Shown here: piece after piece, positions 30,897 to 41,300 of the stretch
How positions within the stretch are numbered: the first letter of the stretch is position 1
Layout of the letters: every line of letters begins with the position of its first letter
Source of the DNA: Candidatus Binatia bacterium
GTDB taxonomy: Bacteria; Desulfobacterota; Binatia; Bin18
Direction of reading: 5' to 3'
NCBI GenBank assembly: GCA_963664395.2
Contig: OY761159.2
Span: forward strand, 832,001-896,000
DNA: 64,000 nucleotides
Position numbers and translations under genes: made by a program
Notes under the pieces: generated by a model
The model's database searches: none
The model's input: the letters and a program-made list of their open reading frames with translations, nothing else
Told to the model about the DNA's origin: nothing

Positions 30897-31943
30897 ATGC
30901 GCATCTCACTCTTTCATTTGCCCAGCTTTTTTCCGGAATTTCACGCCAGCGATGAGCAATTCTACCTTGACATGCTCAGCGAGACCGATCAGGCCGAGGC
31001 CCTCGGCTTTCACTCCGTCTGGTTTGCGGAGCACCATTTTTATCATTACGGCGGCCATCTGCCCTCCGTTCCCGTGATTGGGGCCGCGGTTGCCCAACGC
31101 ACGAAGAATATCCGTATTGGCTCCGGGATTGCCCTCCTGCCCCTCCAGGACCCGATTCGGCTGGCAGAAGAGTATGCCATGCTCGACTGCTTATCGGGCG
31201 GACGCTTGGAGTTCGGGATTGGACGGGGATTCCAAAAAGGCGAGTACGACGCCTTTGAGCGCGATATGGGTGACAGCCGGGCGCTGTTTGAAGAAGCTCA
31301 CGACATCATTATGAAGGCCTGGACCGAAAAACGCGTCTCCCACGACGGCAAATTCCGCACGGTGCGTAATCTCCAGGTCATTCCGCAACCCATCCAGAAA
31401 CCGCCGCCCGTCTATGTTGCCTGTATTTTTACGCGGGAATCGTTCGAATGGACCGGCAAGATGGGCTATCATCTGATGGTCGTCCCCTATGCCCAGCCCA
31501 ATCCGGAAGCCCTGGTGGGCCGCATCCAACTCTTCAGTCAGACCCGGCAGGCGCATGGCTACACTGACGCGCCGGAAGTCCTCGGTGTGTACCATTTTTA
31601 TTGCGGCGAGACCGCACAAAAGGCAAAAGAAGAGCCACGCGAGGCCATGCTGCGCTATCTGAACGCCGTAGTAGCTTCCAACTCGGAAGACGCCTATTCC
31701 GATCAGTATAAGTCGTACAAGGGTCTCAAGGACGCCTTCAAAACCTTCGACTATGAAGGATATATGTACCCGCACAAAGTCATATTTGGTGATCCGGACC
31801 AGTGTGTCGAGCGCATTCAGGAAATCCAGGCCATGGGGATCACAAACGTGAGTTTGCTGGCGAATTTTGGCGGGTTAGAGCATGGCAAAATTATGGACTC
31901 GCTCGATCGGTTTGGGAAAGAGGTATTGCCAAGAGTATCGTAA
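30897..31943 (+). CDS. Luciferase-like (LLM class) flavin-dependent monooxygenase
   Basis: GFHSVWFAEHHF, PIRLAEEYAMLD.LSGGRLEFGIGRG, GDPDQC. Confidence 0.92.
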   Translation: MRISLFHLPSFFPEFHASDEQFYLDMLSETDQAEALGFHSVWFAEHHFYHYGGHLPSVPVIGAAVAQRTKNIRIGSGIALLPLQDPIRLAEEYAMLDCLSGGRLEFGIGRGFQKGEYDAFERDMGDSRALFEEAHDIIMKAWTEKRVSHDGKFRTVRNLQVIPQPIQKPPPVYVACIFTRESFEWTGKMGYHLMVVPYAQPNPEALVGRIQLFSQTRQAHGYTDAPEVLGVYHFYCGETAQKAKEEPREAMLRYLNAVVASNSEDAYSDQYKSYKGLKDAFKTFDYEGYMYPHKVIFGDPDQCVERIQEIQAMGITNVSLLANFGGLEHGKIMDSLDRFGKEVLPRVS

Positions 31944-31949
31944 CCGGAG

Positions 31950-32954
31950 TCACGCCTCACGCTCAAATGGCCTATACGGAATACCTAGCCCGAGACTCAG
32001 CATCAGGCGGATACGTACTTTGCGCGGGGAGAGGTAGTTTTCGAGAATAATACCTGCATCGAGAAGTTCGTTATACGCGCCGGGATAATACTCGACTGCT
32101 GCCGTCGGCCCACTAGGGGTACTGGAGCAACACACGACGGGTAGCCCATGGGCGAGACGACGGAGCTGATCCAGAGCCGTTGGTGGGATGCTACCAGCGC
32201 CCATGCTCGCGACTATAAGACCGTCTATGGGACAGTCCGCCCGTTCGCTTACTATCTTGAGGAGTGCAGCATCATCGCCAACACCAAGAGTGAGGATGGG
32301 AATTGAGTATGGTATGGCTTGGGGAAGACGGCCCAGGCGATTCCAGCGTGTCGGATTCCAGCCTAACTCAACCTGCTCAATCTGCTCAATCTGCTGCTCG
32401 TTCACGCGCCCAGACGGGGCGCCGCGCCGCGCCGTAAAAGCGTCCAAGGCGACGGTGTCGCTTTTATACACGCTCCAGGCCTCAAAGATGTCCCCGTGCA
32501 TAGTGACAAGCGTCCCGTATTCAGACAAAAGGTACGAGGCGATCCGCAAAGCGTTCTCCAAGTTTTGTCCCCCGTCATAGTCCGCCGCCCAACTTGGCCG
32601 CATGGCCCCTGTAAAGACAACAGGAACAGTTCCTGAGAGCATTTCATCGATACCGTACGCCACATCTTCCAGGGCATCGGTCCCATGCGTCACAACAATA
32701 CCCTCAATGCCCGCCTTGGCTGCCTGCTCAATCGTTCGCGTAAGATTGAGCACCTCAGCACCCGAGGAGATCACACCATCAGGATAGGGCAGGTCAAGGC
32801 AGCGGACGTGCCCCGTATCGATTGCAGTCCGGGCCAATACATCGGCAGCCGACAGCGCGGGACGCTGCTCTCCGGTCTGAGCGTCGCGCGCTTGGCTAAT
32901 AGTCCCGCCGGTGGCGATGAGGAGCAGCTCTCTCCGGTCTCCTGCGTTCGGCAT
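31950..32954 (-). CDS. Asparaginase/glutaminase family protein
   Basis: ATGGTI, THGTD, PVVFTGAMR, catalytic Lys in VYKSDT. Confidence 0.88.
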   Translation of the reverse strand: MPNAGDRRELLLIATGGTISQARDAQTGEQRPALSAADVLARTAIDTGHVRCLDLPYPDGVISSGAEVLNLTRTIEQAAKAGIEGIVVTHGTDALEDVAYGIDEMLSGTVPVVFTGAMRPSWAADYDGGQNLENALRIASYLLSEYGTLVTMHGDIFEAWSVYKSDTVALDAFTARRGAPSGRVNEQQIEQIEQVELGWNPTRWNRLGRLPQAIPYSIPILTLGVGDDAALLKIVSERADCPIDGLIVASMGAGSIPPTALDQLRRLAHGLPVVCCSSTPSGPTAAVEYYPGAYNELLDAGIILENYLSPRKVRIRLMLSLGLGIPYRPFEREA

Positions 32955-32963
32955 GCAGTCCGA

Positions 32964-33950
32964 TTAGCCCGTATAGCGAAAAAGACTCAGGAGAAAGAGG
33001 TTGTCGGGATCAGTCCATTGGGATTGGAATTGGAAGCCGTGACCGGTCAGTTGGTCTTTGACTTCCTGCGCATCGAACTTTCTGGATATCTCGGTGTGGA
33101 TGGTCTCGCCAGCTCGGAATGATATGTTCAGGTCTAAGGCCGCGATGGTCACTTTCTGGGCGACTTCGCTCTTCAGGTGCATCTCAATTTGATGCAGCTC
33201 CTGATTATAAAATGCCAGATGAGAAAACTGAGCGAGATTGAAATCCGCTTGGAACTCGCGGTTGATATGGCGCAGGATGTTCAGATTGAAGTCGGCCGTG
33301 ACTCCAGCCGCGTCATTATACGCGGCTTCTAAAATCTCAACAGACTTCCGTAAGTCGAGCCCTAATAAAAATTGATCGCCGGGATGGAGGGAGACCGCGA
33401 GATGCCGAAACAGTTCAGCCTGTTCCATCAGACTGAAATTACCCAGATTACTGCCCAAAAAGAGGACGAGGCGGGGCCGCGTATTGGGCAGGGCGGTGAG
33501 TCCGTACAGATAGTCGGTGGCCAACGCCTCAATCGACATCGTGGGGTAGTCAGAGAGCAGGCTCCGCGCGGTCTCTTCGAGCATCGAAGCGCTAATATCA
33601 ATCGGTACATAGTGCAGCAGTTGGTCTTGGCGTTGATATTCATCAAACAGGAGACGACTTTTCGCCGAACTTCCACTTCCCAACTCGACCAGCAAAGCGC
33701 CAGACGTCTGTTTCACAATATCCGCCGCATTCGTCCGCAGAATCTGCGCCTCGGTCCGGGTGAGATAATATTCCGGTTGCTGACAGATATCCTCAAACAA
33801 CTGTGAACCGTGCGCGTCATAAAAATACTTTGGGGGTAATGTTTTCTGGCTTTGCTGCAAGCCAAAGGCAACGTCCGCACGAAACTGCGAACGCACCTTG
33901 CCCGGTGTAGAAATCTGTAGACGGTTAGTCTCTTGTAGTATTGTTGACAT
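32964..33950 (-). CDS. egtD: L-histidine N-alpha-methyltransferase
   Basis: KTLPPKYFYD..GS.LF..I...PEYYLTRTE, ELGSGS, AYNDAAGVTA.FN.N, IHTEISRKF. Confidence 0.95.
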   Translation of the reverse strand: MSTILQETNRLQISTPGKVRSQFRADVAFGLQQSQKTLPPKYFYDAHGSQLFEDICQQPEYYLTRTEAQILRTNAADIVKQTSGALLVELGSGSSAKSRLLFDEYQRQDQLLHYVPIDISASMLEETARSLLSDYPTMSIEALATDYLYGLTALPNTRPRLVLFLGSNLGNFSLMEQAELFRHLAVSLHPGDQFLLGLDLRKSVEILEAAYNDAAGVTADFNLNILRHINREFQADFNLAQFSHLAFYNQELHQIEMHLKSEVAQKVTIAALDLNISFRAGETIHTEISRKFDAQEVKDQLTGHGFQFQSQWTDPDNLFLLSLFRYTG

Positions 33951-33968
33951 AAAAACAACCCACTTCTC

Positions 33969-35192
33969 TCAGTCAGTCCAACCCATACCTGTGCGCTGCG
34001 ACTTTACACATCGAAAGCCGGCAAAAACGGCTCGCATGTCGGGATGATACCAATTCCGAAACGTTGGCCGTAATACATGGCGCCGCGTTGCCCACGACCC
34101 TCCGCGCAAGACTCGGTGCTGTTGATCAAAGTACGGAACGGAATAGCCTGCATACGGAAAAGCCTGAAAACCCGGATAGGGGTGAAACCAGGTCTGTGTC
34201 CACTCCCAGACCCCTCCGAGCATACCGAGACGTGCGTCTTGCTGTTCGGAATCCCACCGCGCGGCTCTTTCCCATTCGGCTTCGGTCGGCAGCCGTTTAC
34301 CGACGAAGCGGGCATACGCATCGGCCTCATACCAGCTCACGCACATCACCGGCCGTGCCGAGTCTAACGCCAGGACGCCGGTGGGGCCGATCTCCAGCCA
34401 GTGCCCCTGCTCGTGGGTACTCCCAGAGCGCCAGTACAATGGATGTGCAATACGGTTTTCCTCGCACCAGCGCCACCCCCTCCGACTCCACCAGGCAGGG
34501 TTCCGATACCCTCCACAATCCATGAATTCCAGAAAATCGGCGTTTGTGACGGGCGTTTGATCAATCCAAAATTCCTCAAGCCGGACGCGCTGTGCCGGCC
34601 GTTCATTGTCCAGCGTGCGCGCGCGGTCGTCACTGCCCAGCCTGCCGGCTCCAGGGGGGATACGGACCATTGGTGTGGGCTGCGCAGGAGGGCGATACAC
34701 CGCCGGGGAAGAGGCCGGTGCTGCGTCTCCCGCATCGAATCGCCGAGCGGCAATCACATTGAGAATCAGGAGGATGGTCTCAGCGTGTTGTTCTTCGTGT
34801 TGGAGCAACATGTTCAGGATGCCACCTTCACCCAGCAAAGGATGGCTGTCCGGCCAATCGCCCTGCTCCAGAAAGGCAAACACTCGTTCGCGGACTGCAT
34901 CGAGATACGCAAAGATCACATGTGCGGCAGGTATATTGACACGGTTCTCTTTCGGATTCTCAAGCGGAGAGAAAAACACGTCATACTCGGGCGACAGTGA
35001 CACGGCATGCTGACACTGCTGCAGAATCCAAAACCCTTCGGTCACCCCAATATGGCCGAGGTGCCAGCCAATCGGGCTGAACTCGGCATGGACCTGGCGA
35101 CAGAAATCTTCTGGCTCGATAGCTGCGAACAGCGACTTCGTATAGGTGCGAGCCTCGACCATCCGGTGTTGGAAGTCAGCAATATCGATCAT
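33969..35192 (-). CDS. egtB: Sulfoxide synthase (DinB + FGE-sulfatase domains)
   Basis: SPIGWHLGH, QHEEQHAE iron ligands, RLPTEAEWE, VLRGGSWAT, RPTFRNWY. Confidence 0.93.
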   Translation of the reverse strand: MIDIADFQHRMVEARTYTKSLFAAIEPEDFCRQVHAEFSPIGWHLGHIGVTEGFWILQQCQHAVSLSPEYDVFFSPLENPKENRVNIPAAHVIFAYLDAVRERVFAFLEQGDWPDSHPLLGEGGILNMLLQHEEQHAETILLILNVIAARRFDAGDAAPASSPAVYRPPAQPTPMVRIPPGAGRLGSDDRARTLDNERPAQRVRLEEFWIDQTPVTNADFLEFMDCGGYRNPAWWSRRGWRWCEENRIAHPLYWRSGSTHEQGHWLEIGPTGVLALDSARPVMCVSWYEADAYARFVGKRLPTEAEWERAARWDSEQQDARLGMLGGVWEWTQTWFHPYPGFQAFPYAGYSVPYFDQQHRVLRGGSWATRRHVLRPTFRNWYHPDMRAVFAGFRCVKSQRTGMGWTD

Positions 35193-35245
35193 GCTGCCTC
35201 AAAGAGTAAACGTGCCAACAGCTTTGTATGATGTGGAGGGCACGT

Positions 35246-36058
35246 TTACTCTTTCTGGTCGTTGAGGTCAACGAGGTGAATATCCGTAGCGTTACTACAG
35301 GTAACCATATGACTCTCCGGGACAGGCTGCCAAGCTGGATCAGAGGAGAGCTTTTCCGAAGCAATGACCACCGCCTCGGAGAAATCCGGCCCGTTGCGTA
35401 TATAATACAGCGACGGAGCCGGCGAGGTGGTAGCGAAGCGGAGAGCGACAATATGCACACCGTCCGACAGCACAATGTTCAGCGCCATATGTATCGCCTG
35501 GCCACGCGTCCAGGCCAGCAACTGCGCAACAGTTTGCCGAATGGCTGTCGCATATGCCTGGGGCGTATGCCCTTGGCCGTGCAGAAAGTTCAGGAGAAGG
35601 GCAAAGATGTGCTCAGAGTCGGTTGCGCCCTGAATGAGTCGATAATACTCATCCCGTAAGGCAGCCCGCATCGTGCGCAGCAAGCCATCGCGGGACTTTT
35701 CAATAAAGCCATTATGCATGAACGCCAGACGGCCGTAGGAGAACGGCTGGCAGTTGCTCTGATCAAGTCCGAAACCGGGCGTAGCGCTCCGAACATTGGC
35801 TAAAATGCAATCCGAAGCAATATGGCGACTCAGGCTGGGCAGATTTCGATCATTCCAAATAGGGATAATGTTCGTGTATATACACGGCGCGGGTTCAAGC
35901 GCGCGGTTATACCACCCGACCCCAAAACCATCCACATTCACCGTCCCGGCAGTCATCTCTTTGGGCTGATAACTTTGCTCTATCAGGGAATGCTCGGGTG
36001 CACTGATGACCTGCGCGAGCGAGACCGGCTTTCCACGATACACAACAAAACGGCACAT
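35246..36058 (-). CDS. egtC: EgtC-type Ntn amidohydrolase (class II glutamine amidotransferase fold)
   Basis: N-terminal MCR, HSLIEQSY, N.DGFGVGWY, VRSAT, FMHNG, GATDSE, IASE. Confidence 0.92.
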   Translation of the reverse strand: MCRFVVYRGKPVSLAQVISAPEHSLIEQSYQPKEMTAGTVNVDGFGVGWYNRALEPAPCIYTNIIPIWNDRNLPSLSRHIASDCILANVRSATPGFGLDQSNCQPFSYGRLAFMHNGFIEKSRDGLLRTMRAALRDEYYRLIQGATDSEHIFALLLNFLHGQGHTPQAYATAIRQTVAQLLAWTRGQAIHMALNIVLSDGVHIVALRFATTSPAPSLYYIRNGPDFSEAVVIASEKLSSDPAWQPVPESHMVTCSNATDIHLVDLNDQKE

Positions 36059-36089
36059 ACCCTTGGCCCAGACTCTTCAGTGCACGCGC

Positions 36090-37307
36090 TTACCACGGCG
36101 AATGGGCCGGCTGTTTGAGCAGCCGGCGGCGTAACGCCTCGGCTTCAGCATGAATCGCTTCATAACTTGGGCCGAACAGATCGATTTGGGCCAGCACCAC
36201 CCCAAACTCGCTCACCGGGCGAATTTCCTGCCCCGGCTCGACATAGACCGTCAGCTCGCCCACTTCCTGGGCGCGCCTGAAATCAAACAGATTCTCGGCC
36301 ACATCCTCACCAAAAGTGATGAAATTAAACTGTCCGCCCACGACAGCGGTTGGCCGCGGCGGGGGCGGGGGCGACTGCCCGCCGGCCAGCCTCAGTCCGG
36401 CTTCGTATATACACGCTCCGAGACAGCGACGATACAGATTATAAAAACAGGTGGCCGCCCGTCCGTTGACCTCCGTCAGGGTGACCGCGTCGTCATGGCA
36501 CCAGAACTCAATATTGAAGAAGCCGTTGTCCAGCCCGATATTCCCGACCGCTTCCATGGCCTGCCGAGCCAGCAGTTCTTGCATATGGGCCGGGTGCCGG
36601 GACGGCAGCGAAAAATTGTCAATAATCCGGGTGCCCGGATAGGTATTGGTATCAGTAATGGCCCAGAGCGCGGGCTGCGTATTGGCGACCCAGCCTTCGA
36701 CCGTCACCTGCGGCCCATCAACAAAGTCTTCAACCAGCATGATATCTCGGGTCGCAAGGGGGAATTTCACACAGTCGATATACCGCTCGAAAAATGGAAA
36801 GTAGAGCGGTGACCACGCGGGATATTCTCGTCGGGCAATAGCCAGCGCGCGCTGGAGGTCATCGGCCGAGTCGAGCTTAAAACCGAGAATCCCGAGATTC
36901 AGCCAGGGCGGTTTAAGATAACACGGGTAGCGCGTTATCGCGGGATGCTCGTCAGCAATATCGATAAGATCGATCGCGTCACACCGAACCGGATGGGGTT
37001 CATACTGACGACCGTAGTATTTGTGGAGGCAAAGAAAGACGGACTCCACACTCGGTCCCGGAAAACCAAACTCCTCACACAGGACCGCAGCCACAATATC
37101 GGCCACGTCTCGGGAGTAGAAGACGGCATCAATGTGGTGAGCCTTGACATACTCTCGGCACTGGTCGGTGTAAGCAAGCAAATCCAATTCCGGGGAGGGC
37201 GTACGCGGATTCAGCGGCGCGTCAAGCAGATGGAAGGTGTGCTCGGACATACCGGCCAAGGCGTTGCGGTCCCGTTGCGACGGGCACGGAATCAGAACGT
37301 CCACCAC
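36090..37307 (-). CDS. ATP-grasp ligase of unknown specificity, upstream gene of the egt cluster
   Basis: HKYY.R, YPCYLKP, MLVEDFVDG.QVTVEG, FFNIEF, EVNGR. Confidence 0.85.
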   Translation of the reverse strand: MVDVLIPCPSQRDRNALAGMSEHTFHLLDAPLNPRTPSPELDLLAYTDQCREYVKAHHIDAVFYSRDVADIVAAVLCEEFGFPGPSVESVFLCLHKYYGRQYEPHPVRCDAIDLIDIADEHPAITRYPCYLKPPWLNLGILGFKLDSADDLQRALAIARREYPAWSPLYFPFFERYIDCVKFPLATRDIMLVEDFVDGPQVTVEGWVANTQPALWAITDTNTYPGTRIIDNFSLPSRHPAHMQELLARQAMEAVGNIGLDNGFFNIEFWCHDDAVTLTEVNGRAATCFYNLYRRCLGACIYEAGLRLAGGQSPPPPPRPTAVVGGQFNFITFGEDVAENLFDFRRAQEVGELTVYVEPGQEIRPVSEFGVVLAQIDLFGPSYEAIHAEAEALRRRLLKQPAHSPW

Positions 37308-37369
37308 TCCCCCTTCTTTATTCTACTGGACCATCCGCATATGTACTGGCAGGAAACGTCATGGCGGAA

Positions 37370-37822
37370 TCAGGCAGCCTGTTTCTGTTCCTCAAGAACG
37401 GCCTTAAAGTCGGCGGTACGCAGCGTCGCAGCCACGCTCATATCGCCGTTCAGGACATCGAACAGAGCGTCACTGTCGCCGCGCACGCTGTAGTGCACGA
37501 CCGCCCCGGCGACGCCACCGCCTTCGAGATGCGCGTCCCCGGCAGGGCTGGAGGTATATTTTCCAACCGGGCGCACATCTTTCACCGCGCTCCCATCGGC
37601 TTCGTAGATAATATGCTCGCCATCCACGACCAAGGTATTGGTCAGGGCCAGATGACGATGCAGAAATATCTTCTCGTTGGGCGCGAATTTAACCATCAAG
37701 TCCACGATATTGTTTTCTTCATCCACGTCGAGCAGGGTGACCTCGAGGTGTTCAAAGTCGCCCAGGGCCTGCCACCGGATATTGCGATCATCAAAGCGGC
37801 GGGTAGAAGGTGTGGCTGCCAT
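37370..37822 (-). CDS. Cupin-like protein
   Basis: LHRH.....LVVDGEH...GDAHLEGG metal-binding cupin pattern. Confidence 0.7.
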   Translation of the reverse strand: MAATPSTRRFDDRNIRWQALGDFEHLEVTLLDVDEENNIVDLMVKFAPNEKIFLHRHLALTNTLVVDGEHIIYEADGSAVKDVRPVGKYTSSPAGDAHLEGGGVAGAVVHYSVRGDSDALFDVLNGDMSVAATLRTADFKAVLEEQKQAA

Positions 37823-37902
37823 ACATCGTCTCCTCTATATATTGCGGTATTGCTCAAGGCGGCGAGCATAGCAAGCGTTCCGGTGACGGACAAGGAGTCA
37901 GC

Positions 37903-38337
37903 ATGCAACGCATTGAGGGCGGATGCCACTGCGGGACGATCCGGTACGAATTTTTGTGGCCGCTTGATGCCGCGGAGATTCCGGTTCGGGCGTGCAGTTG
38001 CAGCTTCTGCATGAAGCATCGAGGCACCTACACCTCGCATCCCCAAGCGGAACTCAACGCAACGATCACAGATACCGCCCGCGTTCCCACCTATCGTTTT
38101 GGACATGAGACGGCCGACTTCTACGTCTGCTCCCGCTGCGGGGTGCTCACCTTTGCGGTGAGCCGGATTGCCGAGCGTGATTATGCCGTGGTCAACGTCC
38201 ATACGTTCGAGCGTATCGACCCGGCCAATTTCACCAGCCGCGTGACCGATTTTGACGGGGAGACCCCAGAGGGCCGCCTTGCCCGGCGCCAGCGGACATG
38301 GACGCCCACGGTCCGGATTACCTTCAAAGACGGATAG
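37903..38337 (+). CDS. GFA / CENP-V family zinc protein
   Basis: GGCHCG, CSCSFC, CSRCG; RBS AGGAG. Confidence 0.9.
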   Translation: MQRIEGGCHCGTIRYEFLWPLDAAEIPVRACSCSFCMKHRGTYTSHPQAELNATITDTARVPTYRFGHETADFYVCSRCGVLTFAVSRIAERDYAVVNVHTFERIDPANFTSRVTDFDGETPEGRLARRQRTWTPTVRITFKDG

Positions 38338-38385
38338 GGGAAGGATTCGCCTTGCCTCCCTTTTTCGCAGGCGTACAGAGCGCCC

Positions 38386-41300
38386 TCATTCCACATCGGT
38401 AATGATAAAGTTCTGGCTGTTCTGCTGCCACTCCAGTCCGACTGTCTCCCCCAGGCGCGGGAAGTCTTGCACTACACACTCCCCCTCGGCTCCCCGTAGA
38501 AACTCCGGCCCCAAGGTCGTCACCCGTACCGTGGCTCGACCCAACTCCACTCCATCCACGAAGGCCACCACCGCATGTTCCCCATCACCCAACAGATTCC
38601 AGTTGAACAGCAACCCAAAGCCGTTGTCCGTGTCCCCACAGGCAGCCAGCGTGTCCGTCCGCTCCGTGCCATACGCCGCCGCCTGTCGCCCACCGATTCC
38701 GATCGCTATCTCCACCCGGTTCGCCTCGCACACCCAACCCGAGATCAGCCCAATGCCGCTCTGAAACGAGTTCGGCCCCGGATTCTCCAGATAGCCCGTC
38801 AGCCCACTGCCCGCCGGAGTAGCGGGCGTGGCCGGCGCGTCGCCACCCGCAATCACAAAATTCTGACTCGTCTGCTGCCACACCAGCGTCACGCTCTCGC
38901 CCCGCCTCGGGAAGTCCTCGACCTCACAGGTCCCCCCTACGCCCCGCACGAATTCCTCTCCCAGCGTCGTCACCGTCACCCGCGCCCGGCCTAACTCCAC
39001 CCCATCGACCAGGGCCGTGACGGTATGCTCCCCATCCCCCAGCAGATTCCAGTTGAACAACAGGCCAAACCCGTTGTTCGTATCCCCACACACCCCCTCC
39101 GTATCCAGCCGCGCCGTCCCATACGCCGCCCCCTGCCGCATCACCTCTCCCCGCTTGGTCTCTATCTCAATCTCGACCTCCGCCGCCGTACAGGTCCAGC
39201 CCGACAGCACCCCAACGCCACTCTGAGACGATACCGGTCCGGGGTTTTCCAAATAGCCCGCCAGCAGGCGCGTCTCCAGGCTATATGCCCCGGTCCTTCC
39301 TCTCGTGCCCTCTACTGCTACCACAACCGGCCCAGCCTCCACCCGAGTACTCAGCCGGAAGTTCCGCCGCTCACCACCGCTATCCGTGCGCACCAGTTCT
39401 ACGCCATCCTGCCAGGCTGTCCCGACGGTATCGGTGGAGCCGGTGGTCTCAACCACCAACACCCCGGCTTGCGGCAGGCTGAACTGGAAATAGTCGCTAT
39501 CGTCCGTGATATTGATCTGCCCGGCGGTAGACGACGTCCAGGGCACGCGGCTGTCCAGCCGGACCCGGGTCGCTTGGGCGGCGGTGTTGCCATGCAGGTC
39601 CCGGCTGACACTGCCGCCACTCCCTCCTCGAGGCGGGGGTGGCGGGGGTGGCGGGGGTGGTGGGGGCGGGGGCGACATGTTGTCCAGCATATAGGACTGG
39701 TAGTTGGTGCCCGAGGGCAGCGTGGCATCAAGCGCGTTTCCGTCGGCGTCCTCAATGTTCTGGTTCGCGGCGAAGGCGAGCGAGACCTGCCCGTTAGCGG
39801 TGGCAAGATTTCCGCCGCTGACCGTTACCCGCCAGGTCGTAGCGCTGCCTGACACCGAGGTCACGTCCGTGCTCGTGCCGCTCACGACAAAGTCGGCCTC
39901 GTCCACCTCCCCCACCGCCTTGCTGAACACGACCTGCCAGGTCAGGCTATCCGCGTTGGTGACCACAGCACGCGGCGTACGGCGGCTGATGGAGACCACC
40001 GCTGCTACTTCGCTCTGTTCTCTGATGAAGAGAAGTGCCGAGCTGAACGCGCCCCAGTTGCCACTGGCATCCTTGGCGCGCACAAAGATGAGGTGCCGGC
40101 CGGGACTCCAGCCGGTCGTATCGATTGAGGCCGTGGCGTCTTCTTCCGTCTCGTCGAAAACACCGTCCTCCGGCGTCAGGGCTACCGCCGAGGGATTCTC
40201 CCCCCACGGCGGCACATCCACGTAGTATTCCCCGGCGGCAATGTTTTGTTCCGGCTCAACGCCGTTCTCTTCGCTGTAGCGTCCGTCGTTGAGCGTCGCG
40301 GACAACGTGACCTGCGTGCCCGGCAGGACGCCCGGCGCTACTGACCCGGCACTGACGTCCACGTCAACGGCATCGGGACCTGCGGGGGTCAGGTAGGGCG
40401 TCCGCGCCACCTTGAGCGCATAGCGCAGGGACTGGATGTTTTGGGAGAGGATCGTCTCCTCGAAAAAGTCGCAATCCTGAAAAAAATGCTCGGTGCCCAA
40501 CTCGAAGGTATAAGACGCGATTCCAAGTTCTCCGTAGCTGTAGGCATCCGTCGTACCGGACGCTGGATAGAGACCGATCGCCTGCTGCGGCGTATATCCG
40601 TTGAAAAACGCCAGCTTGCGTCCGAGCGTCTGGAGCTGCGTCCCGTTGGGCGCCGCCGTGTTCGTGTAGCCCCACGGCCACAGCATGAGTCGGCCGTGGC
40701 TGTGGATGTCCAGGAAAACGCCGCTGGTGTCGGCCGGCGCTGCGGCATCGTCCTCGGCTCCCCGCGCGTCGGGAAACAGGCCCTGCATATAGGCCGTGAT
40801 GGCTTGCGTCTCCGGCTCCGAGGCCGCAGCGGAGCCGCGAAAGGTATTGGAGCACGCCTGGTCGCTGGAGCCGGGCAATCCCCATTTGAAATCGAAGTTA
40901 CGGTTGAGATCGACGCCAGGCCACGTATCGGGACAGTGGGTCGTATTGTGATTCTTACGCCAAGACAGGCCCTCCTCCGCCCGTTTGCGCCCATCCGGAT
41001 TGGCGTGCAGCATCAGGTGGACTTCATGCTGGTCCAGCAGCCAAGTGGCGTCGGCGTCGATGCCATAGCTATCAACCAACTCTTCGGCAAAGCGAGTGGT
41101 CAGTTCGGCCGTGGCGTATTCGCGCGCGTGGAGCGCACTGGTGATGAGCACCTTTGGCTTCGTCCCCGAGACGTTCGAGTTGGTCAGTTTCAGCACCATC
41201 AAATCGTAGCCGCCCGTGTCGGCCGTCTTCTGCCACGACTGCCCGACCGCAGTCCAGGTGGCCAGCTCGGGGAAGGCGTCGACGATCGCCTGGGCGCTCG

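Noticed and set aside
30897-31943. Luciferase partner of luxE/luxC (bioluminescence)
   Set aside because: Single generic LLM gene 20 kb away; no luxAB pair or luxD
33969-35192. Selenoneine (senA) or ovothiol (ovoA) gene
   Set aside because: No adjacent senB glycosyltransferase or selD homologue, no C-terminal methyltransferase domain; egtC and egtD flank it
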